A DNA stretch of 64,000 bases, from positions 4,490 to 68,489 of the forward strand of contig JAEINQ010000030.1 of assembly GCA_016342285.1 (NCBI GenBank), in the 5' to 3' direction. A program made the position numbers and the translations under genes. This stretch comes from Desulfobacterales bacterium (GTDB taxonomy: Bacteria; Desulfobacterota; Desulfobacteria; Desulfobacterales; JAEINQ01). This document shows, piece after piece, positions 28,392 through 40,227 of this stretch. Within the stretch, counting starts at the first letter, position 1. Each line of letters opens with the position of its first letter. The notes beneath the pieces are model-generated. The model saw only the letters and a list, made by a program, of their open reading frames with translations. It searched no databases and was not told where the DNA came from.

Positions 28392-29621
28392 CTATGGCCC
28401 GTTGCCCTTGCGCCTGGAAAGCACCTCGCTTTCAGGCAGCCACGTCTTGGCGGCCGGAATTTCGATTACCAATTCCATAATGGCAAAGGGGTATTGGGGA
28501 CGATACACCAGACGCCCGAAAAAGGCCGGGCAGTCTAGTTGCCCGTCGACAGCCCGGATAAAACGGTCCCCCCGCAGCCCGGAAAACGACATCCCTTTTA
28601 GGGCTTCGGCCACCACGGCGGGTTCTGCCGACGACGCATTCTCCACGGCCTGGCGCCAGGCCAGCAGGGAGTCATAGCAGCAGAGGGTAAATCCCAGAGG
28701 ATACGCCCCGGAAATGCGGTGGAATTTCTCGGTGAATGCCTTGGTCATGGGAAACTTGTCCTTCAAAAAGTTGAACGGTCCGCGAGACAGGGTCCATATC
28801 CCTTCCGGAATCAGGCGTCCGTCTTTTCCCTCAATCAGGGAAAACCCGCCAAAGACCGCCATTTGCCCAAAAAGACCGGTCGGTTTGGCCTGCATAATGA
28901 AATGCCGAACGTCTTCTCCCCATGAGGCAACCACCAGGGCGTCCGGCTTGGCGTCAATGATCTGCTGGACAATACCGGCAAAATCCCGGGTGCCCAGGGG
29001 GTGCCAGGCCTCAACAGCCCAGTCGATGGCCGCGCCGAGTTCATCGAAATTCTGTTTGAAATAGCGCAGCACCTCGTGTCCCCAGACGTAATCCGGTCCG
29101 AGCCACGCGAAACGCTGCCAGGGCATCAGTGTGGCAAAGAAGCTGAACCCTTTGGACTCCATCCAGGTATTGGGTGCGAAAAGAAAGACGAACGGATGGC
29201 CATGTTCCACCACCACCGACTGGGAGTTGCCGATGGAAACCAGGTAGGGGATTTCCAGTACCCGGCATGCCTCCGAGGCCTTAAACACACAGGAACTCGA
29301 CGCGCCGCCGAAGATGGCCACGACCTTTTCTTTGGCCGCCAGCGCCCGCACATGGTCCTCATGCCGTTGGGGATCGTTGCCACCGTCCCGTTTGTGCAAC
29401 ACGACGGGCCGCCCCAGCAATCCGCCATCGGCATTGAACTGATCGACCGCCATTTTCGCCGCCACAAAGGCATTGCGGGTGTACGCCCTGGAGACATCGG
29501 AAAAGTCGCCCACAAAGCCGATGGCAATGGGCGCAGGCTTGGCATGCCCCATGGTGTTCACCCCAAAAATAGCGATGATCACGGGAAATGAAATGCGAAG
29601 AATGACCCAACCAAGTCTCAT
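28392..29621 (-). CDS. Periplasmic solute-binding protein (branched-chain amino acid/LivJ-like)
   Basis: NADGGLLGRP, GPDYVWG, FSGLRG; no permease or ATPase nearby. Confidence 0.88.
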   Translation of the reverse strand: MRLGWVILRISFPVIIAIFGVNTMGHAKPAPIAIGFVGDFSDVSRAYTRNAFVAAKMAVDQFNADGGLLGRPVVLHKRDGGNDPQRHEDHVRALAAKEKVVAIFGGASSSCVFKASEACRVLEIPYLVSIGNSQSVVVEHGHPFVFLFAPNTWMESKGFSFFATLMPWQRFAWLGPDYVWGHEVLRYFKQNFDELGAAIDWAVEAWHPLGTRDFAGIVQQIIDAKPDALVVASWGEDVRHFIMQAKPTGLFGQMAVFGGFSLIEGKDGRLIPEGIWTLSRGPFNFLKDKFPMTKAFTEKFHRISGAYPLGFTLCCYDSLLAWRQAVENASSAEPAVVAEALKGMSFSGLRGDRFIRAVDGQLDCPAFFGRLVYRPQYPFAIMELVIEIPAAKTWLPESEVLSRRKGNGP

Positions 29622-29812
29622 TGGAACCTCCCTCTATTGAATATCGCCCAAAAACCATACTAGTTGAACCGTTACAGGGAATAAGCCCTTCGGAACAATT
29701 TTCTGAAAACCGCTGTAATGGTGAAAAGATACAATGGGTTGATGGGAAAACACAACCTCGGCAAGTTAAGCCGTGCTAAAGTCAATGGCGAAAATGCCGT
29801 TATATAGATGTA

Positions 29813-31801
29813 ATGGCAGCCGAACCCAACCATACCGCATGGAAAACGCTTATGGAAACCCGATTCAATACCCGAATAATGCCTGAAGGACCTGAGAACA
29901 GCGATCCGGACCTGTGGGCCGCGGCCATGGAAATCGCCTCGGATGGATGGTGGGACTGGCGGCTGGACACCGATAAGATACGGTTCGACCGGCGCTTTTA
30001 TACCGTTGCCGGCTACACGCCGGATGCATTCCCGGAAAATATTGAAGAGTGGGTCGCCCGGGTGCACCCCGAGGACCTGCCGAACCTTCTGGAAAAACTG
30101 GCCGCCTGTCGCGGGCTAAACAAGGCCGTCTTTGAGGCCCACTACCGGTTTCGCGCCCAAAACGATGCCTGGATCTGGATCCATGCCAGGGGAAAGGTCG
30201 TCGAACGGGATTCGGACGGACGCCCCCTTCGCATGATCGGCGTCATCAACGACATCACCGAAAAAAAACATGCCGAAACCGTTCACCGACTTTCCGGAGA
30301 ACGCTACCGGATGGTGGTTGAAAATGCCCTGGATGCCATCATCATCGCCCAGGACGAACGGCTTCGATACGCCAACCCCAGCACCGAACGGATGCTGGGC
30401 TACTCCCGGGAGGAACTGACCCGGGTTCCCTTTGCTGAACTCATTCACAAAGACGACCGGGCCATGGTGGTCGATCGGCACCAGCGGCGGCTGCGGGGCG
30501 AATCCGTCCCCGATTATTATTCCTTCCGGGCCCTGCACAAATCCGGAAAGGCGCGATGGCTGGAGGTCAATACCGTTCGCACACAATGGGAAGGAGCCCC
30601 GGCAATCCAGGCGTTCATGCGGGACATCACCCGGACCAAACGGCTGGAAAAGCAACTCATTCAGGCCCAGAAGATGCAGGCCATCGGCACCCTTGCCGGC
30701 GGAATCGCCCACGATTTCAACAACATTCTTTCCGCCATGATGGGTTACACAGAGATCTGCCTGGCCGAGTCGGGAAACCAAAGCCCCCTGGCTCCCCGCC
30801 TGGAGCGGGTGCTCCAGGCGGGCAGTCGTGCCAGGGACCTGGTCAGACAGATCCTGAGTTTCAGCCGGCAGCGCGATGACGACGAAAAGCCCGTCGAAAT
30901 CGGACCTATCGTCGATGAAGCCACGAAGCTGCTCCGGCCCTCCATCCCCATCGACATCGCCATCGATGTAAAGCTTGAAAAAGAAACCGGCGTTGTGCAG
31001 GCGGATCCCTCACGGATTCACCAGATCGTCATGAATCTCTGCGTCAACGCCGCCCACGCCATGAAAGCCCGCGGGGGACACCTGGGCATCCACCTGGAAA
31101 ATCTCGATATCGACCCGGAGGATGCCGAACGGTTTCTGGAGCTGCCTCCGGGTCCGTATACCAGAATCAGCGTCTCCGATACCGGCCAGGGCATGACGCC
31201 GGAAATCGTCAAGCAGATCTTTGATCCGTATTTTACCACCAAACCCCAGGGGGAAGGGACCGGTCTGGGCCTGTCGGTGGTCCACGGCATCGTGACCAGC
31301 CTCGGCGGCGCCATCAACGTATACAGCGAACCGGGCCACGGAACCACCTTCAACCTGTACCTGCCACAGATCCAAAGCGATCTCGACACCCGGCCCGGTG
31401 GGCGGTCCGAACTCCCCCGGGGCAATGAAACCATTTTGCTCGTCGACGACGACCAGTTCGTGCTGGAGATGACGGCCGAGATGCTCGGCAAGTTGGGATA
31501 TACGGTGGTACCGAGAATCAGCAGCGTGGAAGCCCTTCAGGCCTTTGCCGCCTCCCCCCAACGGTTCGACCTGATCGTCACCGACCATACCATGCCCCAT
31601 ATGAGCGGCCTCGAACTGGCCCAAAAAGTCCGGGAAATCCGGCCGGAACAGCCCATCGTTCTGTGCTCCGGATTCAGCCCCGGTCTGACCGAAAGTAAAT
31701 ATATGGCGTACGGCATCCACGCCCTGTTGAACAAACCGGTCCTCAAAAGCGAAATGGCCGCAGCCATCCGAAGGACATTGGATTTTCAACCCGCGGAGTA
31801 A
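29813..31801 (+). CDS. Cytoplasmic PAS-PAS hybrid histidine kinase
   Basis: VHPED PAS_3; GIAHDFNN; TDHTMP. Confidence 0.95.
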   Translation: MAAEPNHTAWKTLMETRFNTRIMPEGPENSDPDLWAAAMEIASDGWWDWRLDTDKIRFDRRFYTVAGYTPDAFPENIEEWVARVHPEDLPNLLEKLAACRGLNKAVFEAHYRFRAQNDAWIWIHARGKVVERDSDGRPLRMIGVINDITEKKHAETVHRLSGERYRMVVENALDAIIIAQDERLRYANPSTERMLGYSREELTRVPFAELIHKDDRAMVVDRHQRRLRGESVPDYYSFRALHKSGKARWLEVNTVRTQWEGAPAIQAFMRDITRTKRLEKQLIQAQKMQAIGTLAGGIAHDFNNILSAMMGYTEICLAESGNQSPLAPRLERVLQAGSRARDLVRQILSFSRQRDDDEKPVEIGPIVDEATKLLRPSIPIDIAIDVKLEKETGVVQADPSRIHQIVMNLCVNAAHAMKARGGHLGIHLENLDIDPEDAERFLELPPGPYTRISVSDTGQGMTPEIVKQIFDPYFTTKPQGEGTGLGLSVVHGIVTSLGGAINVYSEPGHGTTFNLYLPQIQSDLDTRPGGRSELPRGNETILLVDDDQFVLEMTAEMLGKLGYTVVPRISSVEALQAFAASPQRFDLIVTDHTMPHMSGLELAQKVREIRPEQPIVLCSGFSPGLTESKYMAYGIHALLNKPVLKSEMAAAIRRTLDFQPAE

Positions 31802-31840
31802 AGAATCCTGGCCCAAAGGACGTGGATTCCTGCTTCGAAT
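31798..31840 (+). repeat. Collapsed repeat family B copy (two ends fused)
   Basis: GTAAAGAATCCTGGCCCAAAGG joined to ACGTGGATTCCTGCTTCGAAT, equivalent to the two ends of 55518-55698. Confidence 0.75.
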
Positions 31841-31853
31841 GGAAGGCAAAACC

Positions 31854-32930
31854 ATGCCGAACCTGGCCCGCTCCATGAAAGCCGCTTTCACCATAATGGC
31901 CGCCTTAATTGCGCTGGCCTCCGGCCCAGGTAGCGCCGCCGAAACCGGCAGGCGGATCCTGATTCTCCACAGCACCACCGCCGAGAGCATCACCGGCCGC
32001 CCCCAGCAAGAAGGCGCCATCAAGGCCCTGGAAGATGCCGGATTCTGCCCTGGCGGAAACCTGCGCATGGGCATCCATGCCATGGCGGCCCATCCGGGAA
32101 AGGATACCGTCGAAACGATTTCCCGACAGATCAGCGACGCCGTTTCACGAATCGCCCGGTTCCGTCCGGAAATCATCCTGACCATCGGCGACACCGCCTT
32201 TGCCACCGTCGCCCTTCCCCTGGCCCGAACGCCGATCAGTATTGTCTTCAGCGGCCTCAGGGGGCAGCCGGAGACCTACAACCGGTTTATCCGGTTCATG
32301 AAGAGCCGGCGCCATCCCGGCCACAACATTACCGGCGTCTATGAAAAACGACACATCCGACATGCCCTGGAAATCCTCTCCAGGGTAACCGATCTGAAAA
32401 AAGTTCGCATGGTCCACGACCTGACCCCAACCGGCCGCGTCATCGCCGAACAGGTCGCACTGGAGTTGCAGCCCGAAAACGCCATGCCTCCCCTTTCCTA
32501 CCGGACGGAACAGGTCGATCTGGACTCCTGGGAAGCCTTCCAGCAGGAGATTGTCACCATCAACGCTTCGCCGGAGATCGATGCCTTTTACCTCGGCGCT
32601 CTCATGCTCAAGGACGCCGACGGCCACGCCCATTCGGCAACGGACATTATTCAGTATGCCATCGCCCATGCCACAAAACCGGCTATCGGTATCGACGCCA
32701 CCGCCATTAATCACGGCCTTTATGGCGGAACCTCCGTCGACTTCTATGCCATGGGGTATCAGGCGGGGGAAAAGATCGCGGAGATCCTCGGCGGCGCCGA
32801 GGCCGGCAGCCTGCCGATCCAGGATGCCCAAACGGTCACCCTGGTCTTCAACCTCGTGCGATCCGAAACGCTGGGATTGAAAATCCCCAGCGAAATCCTT
32901 CTGGCCGCCGACGAGGTATTCACCCGGTAG
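31854..32930 (+). CDS. ABC_sub_bind-type periplasmic binding protein
   Basis: Signal peptide; HNITGVYE; GYQAGE; C-terminal LGLKIPSEILLAADEV. Confidence 0.85.
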   Translation: MPNLARSMKAAFTIMAALIALASGPGSAAETGRRILILHSTTAESITGRPQQEGAIKALEDAGFCPGGNLRMGIHAMAAHPGKDTVETISRQISDAVSRIARFRPEIILTIGDTAFATVALPLARTPISIVFSGLRGQPETYNRFIRFMKSRRHPGHNITGVYEKRHIRHALEILSRVTDLKKVRMVHDLTPTGRVIAEQVALELQPENAMPPLSYRTEQVDLDSWEAFQQEIVTINASPEIDAFYLGALMLKDADGHAHSATDIIQYAIAHATKPAIGIDATAINHGLYGGTSVDFYAMGYQAGEKIAEILGGAEAGSLPIQDAQTVTLVFNLVRSETLGLKIPSEILLAADEVFTR

Positions 32931-33164
32931 ACGCCCCAAAATGGCATGAAGCCCGTTCAGGTAAAAAACAAATGGGAAAACAGCCTTACCGTATGCTACC
33001 GTCAACGGAATCATGAAAACGGTGACGGCAAGGGCCGCAAGACTGACCCTCAGCGGATAATCCCTCGCTTCTGCCCCTGCCGCGTCAGGACCGCCATATT
33101 CGGCAGAAGTCAAGCCCGAGCCACGACGGCGCCGCCATCGTTTGATTGTGCCTGCGAATCTGCC

Positions 33165-33194
33165 TTGACACTGAAAAAGAGTCACGACTATTAT
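33165..33194 (+). promoter_or_regulatory. Sigma70 promoter
   Basis: TTGACA, 18-nt spacer, TATTAT, upstream of the kinase at 33324. Confidence 0.6.
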
Positions 33195-33323
33195 ATCCTT
33201 GTTGTTCATCGGTAGAAATCTTCCGTTAAACATCTTTTTACCCGTTCTCCTCAGCAAAAAGCGTTGGTAACGGCCGAAAAAGCCAGATCTCCTTCCCTCC
33301 CCCTAATTGAGGCATAACCCATC

Positions 33324-36260
33324 ATGATGGAAAAACAGGGTGCCGACCGGCTCGATTCAGAGCACCAATCCATGCAACGCCAGATGGTGAAACTCAACGC
33401 GCGCAACGCCGAGCTTGAAAAAGCGGTGGAAGATGCCAGGGCACACCTGAACCATCTTGAAAAACTGGCAGCGATAGATAGGGTTATTCGCTGCGAGACG
33501 GATTTGGAAAAAGCGCTCCAAGCGATCCTTAAGACAACTCAGGACATATTTCAAAGCGATCGCGCCTGGTTGCTCTACCCCTGCGACCCCGAAGCCGACT
33601 CTTGGCATGTCCCCATGGAGGTCTCCCGCCCGGAATATACCGGCGCTCTTCTTCCGGGCAAAGCTGTGGCAATGACCCAGGACGTTCGGGAGAGCTTCGC
33701 AGAGCTCCTCGCTGCCGACGGCCCAATCACCTGCGATCTCAGTCCCAGCGAGCCCCAGTGGGATCCGGATGATACGTTCGTTGTCCGGGCCACCCTTTCC
33801 ATGGCGCTTTTCCCGAAAGTGGGAAAGCCGTGGGACTTCGGACTTCATCAGTGCTCTCACCGGAGAACATGGACCGAAGAAGAAAAACGCCTTTTCCAAG
33901 CCATCGGCTACCGGATTGCCGAGGCTCTGAGCAACATGCTGCTCCTGAAAAATCTGGCCGAAAGCGAAGAACACTACAAAAACCTCTACGAAACTGCCCT
34001 GGTCGGGCTGTGGCGGACCCGGATTGGGGACGGCGCATTCATCAAGGCCAACCAGACGACAGCTGAGCTACTCGGCTACGACAGCGTCGAAGAGCTCAAG
34101 GCCAACAGTAAGGCCAGCGAACTCTATCCCCCCGATGTCCGCAAAACCTATGTCGAACAGCTCAAACTGAACGGCTACGCCTCAGGCATGGAGACCCGCT
34201 ACGTGCTCAAGGATGGTACAGAAAAGGACATTTCCGTTTCAGCCCGTATTTTTCCTTACAAAGGATACATCGAAGGGGTCATCATCGACATCACTGAACG
34301 CAAGCGGGCCGAGCGACAGCTGGCCCAGGTACAGCGCCTTCTAGAGGCCGTCATCGAGCAGTCCCCGATTCCCATCGTCATCGCCTCGCCCCAGGGCCAA
34401 CTCGTGGTTTTCAACCAGGCCTGCCGGAAGCAACTTCTCATCGAGATCGACGATGACGTCAGACAAGGGGTCAATCTACTGGAAATGGCACCCACCTGGA
34501 AAGACTATGACCGGGACGGAAACTTCGTTCCCACCGGCAAGCTTCCCCTGGCGCTGGCCTTAGAGGGGAAAACCACACGGAACATGGAACTGCGGGTGGT
34601 CCGAAAAGACGGAACGGAACGATGGGAGATCGCTAACGGCGGTCCCGTTTACGACGACCAAGGCAACCTGATCGCAGCGTTCGTTGCCTTTCCGGACATC
34701 ACCCAGCAAAAGATGGCCGAAGAGGCGTTGCGGGCCGAAAAGGAGTTTACCGATTTCGCCCTCAATGCCCAGACCGACACATTTTTCGTGTTCGAAACGA
34801 CCACCGGAAAGGCGATCCGCTGGAACCGTGCCTTCAATCGCATATCCGGTTACTCCGATGAGGAGATCCGGTCCCTGAAAGCACCGGAAAGCTATTACAG
34901 TGCAGAAGATCTCCAAAAAGCAGCCGCAGTCATGGAAAAAGTGTATGCCGAAGGTGCTTCCACCGTGGTAATCTCCCTGGTCGCCAAGGATGGCAGGTGC
35001 ATCCCGACGGAGTATTCGGTCTCCTTGCTCGGAGACAGCGAAGGCAGGCCCGAATACATGGTCTCGGTGGGAAGGGACGTGTCCGAGCGAAACCGAACCG
35101 AGGCAAAAAGGACACAACTCGAAGCTCAGCTCCACCAGGCCCAGAAAATGGAATCCTTAGGCACCCTTGCCGGTGGCATCGCCCATGATTTCAACAACCT
35201 GCTCATGGGAATCCAGGGAAACGCCTCCCTGCTCCTCCTGGAATCAGAAATGCCCATGGGTAGCCTTGAAAAACTCAAAAATATCGAAAGGTACGTTCGG
35301 CGAGGTGTGGATCTTACCCGGCAACTTCTCGGGCTTGCCCGGAGCGGCAAATATGAAATAAAGCCAACCGATCCGAATGAACTGATTCGAGACTGTGCCG
35401 CCATGTTCGGCCGCACCAAAAAAGAAATCCATATCCACACACACCTGACGGATGGAACCTGGACGGTGGAGGTGGATAAGGGTCAGATCGATCAGGTACT
35501 CTTGAACCTCTTTGTCAATGCCTGGCAGGCCATGCCGAGCGGAGGGGACCTGTATATACGAACGACCAACGAATTTTTAAATGAAGACGACGTGAGACCC
35601 CATGGGGCTGCCCCCGGGAGATACGTCAAAGCAACCGTCACCGACACCGGCACCGGCATGGACAAGGCGATTCAGGAGAGAATCTTTGACCCGTTTTTCA
35701 CCACCAAGGAGATGGGCCGGGGCACCGGCCTTGGCCTGGCGTCAGCCTACGGCATTGTCAAGAACCACGATGGTTTCATCGGTGTCGACAGCGAACCGGG
35801 GAAAGGAACGACGTTCACCATCTTTCTGCCAGCATCGGATAAACAGCCGACAGCAAAGGTGAGAGAAAAGGACGAACTGCTCGGCGGAAATGAAACGATA
35901 TTGTTCGTGGACGATGAAGAGATGGTCATAGACGTCGGAAAGCAGCTCTTGGAAAACCTCGGGTACACGGTAAAAACCGCATTTTCCGGCCTTGAAGCAC
36001 TGGCACGGATGGATGAAACGGGCAGCGTCGTCGATCTGGTGATTCTGGACATGATCATGCCGGACATGGGCGGGGGGGAAACCTTCGACCGGATCAAATC
36101 CGCCTCTCCCGGCACACGGGTCCTGCTCTCCAGCGGGTACAGCATTGACGGTGAGGCCTCAGAGATCCTGGCAAGAGGCTGCGACGGCTTCATTCAAAAG
36201 CCCTTTAATTTGAAGAAACTGTCTCAAAAGATACGCCGAATCCTCGATTCACCAGCGTGA
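33324..36260 (+). CDS. GAF-PASx3 hybrid histidine kinase
   Basis: GAF (FGLHQCSHRRTW); GIAHDFNN; LDMIMP. Confidence 0.95.
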   Translation: MMEKQGADRLDSEHQSMQRQMVKLNARNAELEKAVEDARAHLNHLEKLAAIDRVIRCETDLEKALQAILKTTQDIFQSDRAWLLYPCDPEADSWHVPMEVSRPEYTGALLPGKAVAMTQDVRESFAELLAADGPITCDLSPSEPQWDPDDTFVVRATLSMALFPKVGKPWDFGLHQCSHRRTWTEEEKRLFQAIGYRIAEALSNMLLLKNLAESEEHYKNLYETALVGLWRTRIGDGAFIKANQTTAELLGYDSVEELKANSKASELYPPDVRKTYVEQLKLNGYASGMETRYVLKDGTEKDISVSARIFPYKGYIEGVIIDITERKRAERQLAQVQRLLEAVIEQSPIPIVIASPQGQLVVFNQACRKQLLIEIDDDVRQGVNLLEMAPTWKDYDRDGNFVPTGKLPLALALEGKTTRNMELRVVRKDGTERWEIANGGPVYDDQGNLIAAFVAFPDITQQKMAEEALRAEKEFTDFALNAQTDTFFVFETTTGKAIRWNRAFNRISGYSDEEIRSLKAPESYYSAEDLQKAAAVMEKVYAEGASTVVISLVAKDGRCIPTEYSVSLLGDSEGRPEYMVSVGRDVSERNRTEAKRTQLEAQLHQAQKMESLGTLAGGIAHDFNNLLMGIQGNASLLLLESEMPMGSLEKLKNIERYVRRGVDLTRQLLGLARSGKYEIKPTDPNELIRDCAAMFGRTKKEIHIHTHLTDGTWTVEVDKGQIDQVLLNLFVNAWQAMPSGGDLYIRTTNEFLNEDDVRPHGAAPGRYVKATVTDTGTGMDKAIQERIFDPFFTTKEMGRGTGLGLASAYGIVKNHDGFIGVDSEPGKGTTFTIFLPASDKQPTAKVREKDELLGGNETILFVDDEEMVIDVGKQLLENLGYTVKTAFSGLEALARMDETGSVVDLVILDMIMPDMGGGETFDRIKSASPGTRVLLSSGYSIDGEASEILARGCDGFIQKPFNLKKLSQKIRRILDSPA

Positions 36261-36479
36261 CCCTAACAATGCAAAAGCCGGAGGGCTCCAGAGCCAAGGC
36301 GAAAATGGCTGTTTTCCATCCACAAATGCGACAAACCACTAAGGGGCTCGAGCCCTGAACTCTGAAAACTGGCTGAAATTGGTTTTTGGGCCTTTGTGAT
36401 CAACGAAACGATAGTGTATATTGCCATATTTATAAATGCTGGGCTGAATTTCCATGGTGGAAAAAATAGAGGGCAGTCG

Positions 36480-36848
36480 GTGACGATTCAGCAAAACCCA
36501 CATGAAACAGGGCAGACGATCGCACTGGAAAAATTGCAGCGTCGTATCGACGGCTGGGTGAAGACCTATGGGGTGCGTTACTTTTCCGAACTGACCAACC
36601 TGGCCGTGCTGGTCGAAGAGGTCGGCGAGCTGGCCCGGATCATGTCCCGACGTTTCGGCGACCAGAGCTTCAAGACCGGAGAGGGAAAGGACGATCTGGC
36701 CGACGAACTGGCCGACGTGCTCTTTGTCCTGGTCTGCATCGCCAACCAGACCGGCGTGGACCTGACGGATGCGGTGGAAAAGAACCTGGAAAAAAAGACC
36801 CGCCGGGATCACCACCGGCATGTCAACAATCCCAAACTGAAACCCTGA
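36480..36848 (+). CDS. MazG-like nucleotide pyrophosphohydrolase (YpjD-like)
   Basis: YFSELTNLAVLVEEVGELAR, DELADVLFV, CIANQTGVDL. Start uncertain. Confidence 0.9.
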   Translation: MTIQQNPHETGQTIALEKLQRRIDGWVKTYGVRYFSELTNLAVLVEEVGELARIMSRRFGDQSFKTGEGKDDLADELADVLFVLVCIANQTGVDLTDAVEKNLEKKTRRDHHRHVNNPKLKP

Positions 36849-36868
36849 GCAAAAGGAGCCGCCTGACG

Positions 36869-37954
36869 ATGAGCGAAGATGTGTATTATACACTGGCCCA
36901 GGCCCTCAATACCCTGCCCAACGGTTTTCCATCAACCGAATCCGGCGTGGAAATCAGAATTCTGAAAAAAATTTTCCGACCTCAAGACGCCACACTTTTC
37001 TGCGATTTAAGGTTGGAATTCGAAACAGCCCGGCAGATTGCGGAGCGCACGGGGCGCCCAATTGACGGCTTGGAAGATCACCTGATCGAGATGGGCAAGC
37101 GGGGGCAGGTGTTCGGGATCAATATCGGCGGCATTCACATGTTCAAAATGGTTCCCTGGGCATTTGGCATCTATGAATTCCAGGTTGCCCACCTGGATCG
37201 GGAACTGGCCGAAATGTGTGAGGAATACGGAAAGGTTTTCGGCGCACAATTCTTCAAAACCCGCCCCCAGTTGATGCACGTGATTCCCGTGGAAAAGGAA
37301 ATTCCCAACAAACAGCAATCCCTGCATTATGAACAGGTCTCCAATATCATCGAAAGCAGCCTGTCATTTTCGGTATTTGACTGCATCTGCAAAAAGAAAA
37401 AGCACCTGCTGGGACATGGTTGTGACAAACCTCTTGAGATCTGCATGGCCTACGCCCCCATCCCCGGCGTTTTCGACAAGATCCCCCACCACCGGCCGGT
37501 TTCAAAAGAGGAGGCCTATGCCCTTCTCGATAAGGCCGAAGAAGCCGGTCTGGTCCATTTGACCTGGAACATGGAAAGCGACCACTTTTTCATCTGCAAC
37601 TGCTGCGGATGCTGCTGCGAGGTCCTGAGCGCCATCAACGAATTGGGCATCAATGCCGCGGACGTCATCAATTCCTACTACTATGCCAAAATCGATGCCG
37701 ACCAATGCGTTGCCTGCGGAACATGCAGGGATGAACGGTGCCAGGTCAATGCCATCGAAGAAGGTGACGATGCCTACGAGATCGTTCGCGAAAAGTGTAT
37801 CGGCTGCGGTCTTTGCATATCGACCTGCCCCTCCGAAGCCATTTCCATGGTGAGAAAAAGCCCTGAGGAGATTGTCCTGCCGCCCAGTAATGAAATGGAT
37901 TGGTTTGAAAAACGCGCCATGGCTCGCGGGGTGGATATCGGCAAATACAGATAA
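36869..37954 (+). CDS. 4Fe-4S binding protein
   Basis: CICKK, ICNCCGCCC, and two C-terminal ferredoxin motifs. Confidence 0.88.
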   Translation: MSEDVYYTLAQALNTLPNGFPSTESGVEIRILKKIFRPQDATLFCDLRLEFETARQIAERTGRPIDGLEDHLIEMGKRGQVFGINIGGIHMFKMVPWAFGIYEFQVAHLDRELAEMCEEYGKVFGAQFFKTRPQLMHVIPVEKEIPNKQQSLHYEQVSNIIESSLSFSVFDCICKKKKHLLGHGCDKPLEICMAYAPIPGVFDKIPHHRPVSKEEAYALLDKAEEAGLVHLTWNMESDHFFICNCCGCCCEVLSAINELGINAADVINSYYYAKIDADQCVACGTCRDERCQVNAIEEGDDAYEIVREKCIGCGLCISTCPSEAISMVRKSPEEIVLPPSNEMDWFEKRAMARGVDIGKYR

Positions 37955-38211
37955 CCGATAAGTAGCGGGTTGATGCATTGGGCCGGTTCTGAACCATTCA
38001 GAGCATGCCAGCCAGTTTATCCAACGATATTCCAGTAGCCGCCTGGACAGTCTTTCGGGTTCACCGACAAAAAATGGCTTTGACCCATGCGGGTCAAAGC
38101 CATTTTGTTTTATTCTCTCAACTTTCGAGTTTCATGCGGGAGCTTTTCGTCGTCAGGCCATGCACTCGGGCCGGATCGTCTTCGCCCGGCCCATTTCCTT
38201 TGTTTGCGTTT

Positions 38212-40089
38212 TCAGAAATCCTGGAAGTCGTCGTCGTCCAGGGGCAGCACCTTTTTCGGATTGACTTCGATCTCAGGACTTACCCGGGATCGAGAGGACA
38301 CCGCCATCGGCGTATTCTTTTTTCGGGAAACGTTTACCGGACGAGTCTTTCCGGCCGGATTGGCCGAATGGGCCTCACGGCCGTCCACCAGGGCCTTTAA
38401 CTGGCCGATGAGGTCCTTCATCTGTTCGGCCTGGGCACTCATTTCCTCGGAAGAACTGGCGGACTCTTCGGCACTGGCCGCGTTTTGCTGGGTCAGTTTG
38501 TCCATCTCGACCACGGCGCGATTGACCTGTGTAATCCCTTCGGCCTGTTCCTTGGAAGCGGCGGCGATTTCACCCACCAGATCGGCGACCTTGCCGGCCT
38601 GGTCGGAAACCTGGGCAAAGGCATCGTTGGTCCGGTTCACCAGGGTCGAGCCTTCCCGCACCTTTTTCCCGGTATCCTCGATGAGGGTCGAGGTATTCTT
38701 GGCCGCATCGGCAGCCCGCATGGCCAGGTTTCTCACCTCGTCGGCCACCACGGCAAACCCGGCCCCGGCCTCGCCGGCCCGGGCCGCCTCCACGGCGGCG
38801 TTTAACGCCAACAGGTTGGTCTGGAAAGCGATTTCATCGATGGTCTTGATGATCTTGCTCGTCTCTTCGCTCGCCTTTGAAATGGCCGTCATGGACGTGA
38901 TCAGTTGGATCATGGACTCGGTGGCCGAAGCCACCACCTGGCGGGTTTCCGCCATGAGCTTATCCGCCTGGTCGGCATTGTCGGCGTTCTGGCGGGTCAT
39001 GGAGGCCATCTCCTCCAGTGAAGCGGAGCTCTCCTCCAGGGAGGCCGCCTGCTGGCTGGCGCCGCTGGCCAGGGTCTGGCTGGCCGAAGCCACCTGGGAA
39101 GAGGCCGTGCCGACCTGGTCGGCGCTTTTGTTCAGCCCCCGTACCGCCCGGTTGATGGGGTTGACGGCACTTCGCACCAACAGCAGCACCATCAGGCCGG
39201 CCGCCAGCACCACGACCAGCCCCACGGCCAGATTGATCCGGCCGATGGCCCGCACCGGCGCCATGATCTCTGCGGCCGGGGCGGTCACCACCACAATCCA
39301 TTGTTGCCGGCTCTCACGGTCAAAGGCCACGAGCTTTTTCACCCCCTCAAAGGTGTAGATGAACAGACCCTTGCCCTCGGAAAGGATCCGCTTGCCCCAG
39401 TCATAATCGGTAAGGTTGACTTTCATGAGCACGGCCGGATCCGGATGGGCGATGACCAGACCATCGGACCCTGCGATATAGGCGTATCCTGAATCGCCGA
39501 TTTTTATGGGGGCGATGAACTGGCGGCTGAAGGCGGCCAGGTTCACCACGGCGAAAATGACCCCTTTGACATCGTCTTTTTCCTTGAGCGGGGCGGCGAT
39601 CATAAAAACAGGATTGCCACTCTGGCGGCTGGCAAGCACCTTGGAAACGATCGTCTCACCCTTCATGGCGGGCTGGAAATAGGGCCGCTCCTTGACATTG
39701 ACCTTTCCCACCACGCTTTCCTCGGCGGCGGCAACGATATCTCCGTCGGGCGAAGCGACGCAGATGTTCTCATAAAAGTCGTAAGTCTTCAGAATTTCGG
39801 CCAACTGGTCTGAGGCGCTTTTACGGGCCGCCTTGCCCATGAAGGAATCTAAAACGGCGGTGCGGTAGGCCTTGTCCTTGCTCCAGGTGTTTATGTTGAG
39901 CTCACGGTCCCGGATCCAGGTACCGAGGTAGTCGGTGGTCGATTTGGCCTGCTGGGTGAGTTGGTCGTTGATGGCATGGGTCAGGGCCACTTCGGATTTA
40001 TAATAGGATACGCCCGAAGACACCCCCATGCCGATGATGATCAGGGCCACGGTGGGCAGCAGGAACCGGTTTTTAAGGCTCAGTTTCAT
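38212..40089 (-). CDS. Methyl-accepting chemotaxis protein with dCache domain
   Basis: [34 protein letters not shown]; two TM segments. Confidence 0.96.
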   Translation of the reverse strand: MKLSLKNRFLLPTVALIIIGMGVSSGVSYYKSEVALTHAINDQLTQQAKSTTDYLGTWIRDRELNINTWSKDKAYRTAVLDSFMGKAARKSASDQLAEILKTYDFYENICVASPDGDIVAAAEESVVGKVNVKERPYFQPAMKGETIVSKVLASRQSGNPVFMIAAPLKEKDDVKGVIFAVVNLAAFSRQFIAPIKIGDSGYAYIAGSDGLVIAHPDPAVLMKVNLTDYDWGKRILSEGKGLFIYTFEGVKKLVAFDRESRQQWIVVVTAPAAEIMAPVRAIGRINLAVGLVVVLAAGLMVLLLVRSAVNPINRAVRGLNKSADQVGTASSQVASASQTLASGASQQAASLEESSASLEEMASMTRQNADNADQADKLMAETRQVVASATESMIQLITSMTAISKASEETSKIIKTIDEIAFQTNLLALNAAVEAARAGEAGAGFAVVADEVRNLAMRAADAAKNTSTLIEDTGKKVREGSTLVNRTNDAFAQVSDQAGKVADLVGEIAAASKEQAEGITQVNRAVVEMDKLTQQNAASAEESASSSEEMSAQAEQMKDLIGQLKALVDGREAHSANPAGKTRPVNVSRKKNTPMAVSSRSRVSPEIEVNPKKVLPLDDDDFQDF

Positions 40090-40159
40090 TTGGGTACTCC
40101 TTTGAACGTGTAGCGCCGCCTGAACCGGTAGCGCAAATCGGGAAAAAACAAAAATACGG

Positions 40160-40215
40160 CCGGTTTTCGGGGGCCGGCCATGCGCCTGGCGCAAGGTCCG
40201 GCCCCCGAAAGCCGG
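40160..40215. other. Strong intergenic stem-loop between the binding-protein gene and the MCP gene
   Basis: CCGGTTTTCGGGGGCC ... GGCCCCCGAAAGCCGG. Confidence 0.5.
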
Positions 40216-40227
40216 GCAGGGGCTGTC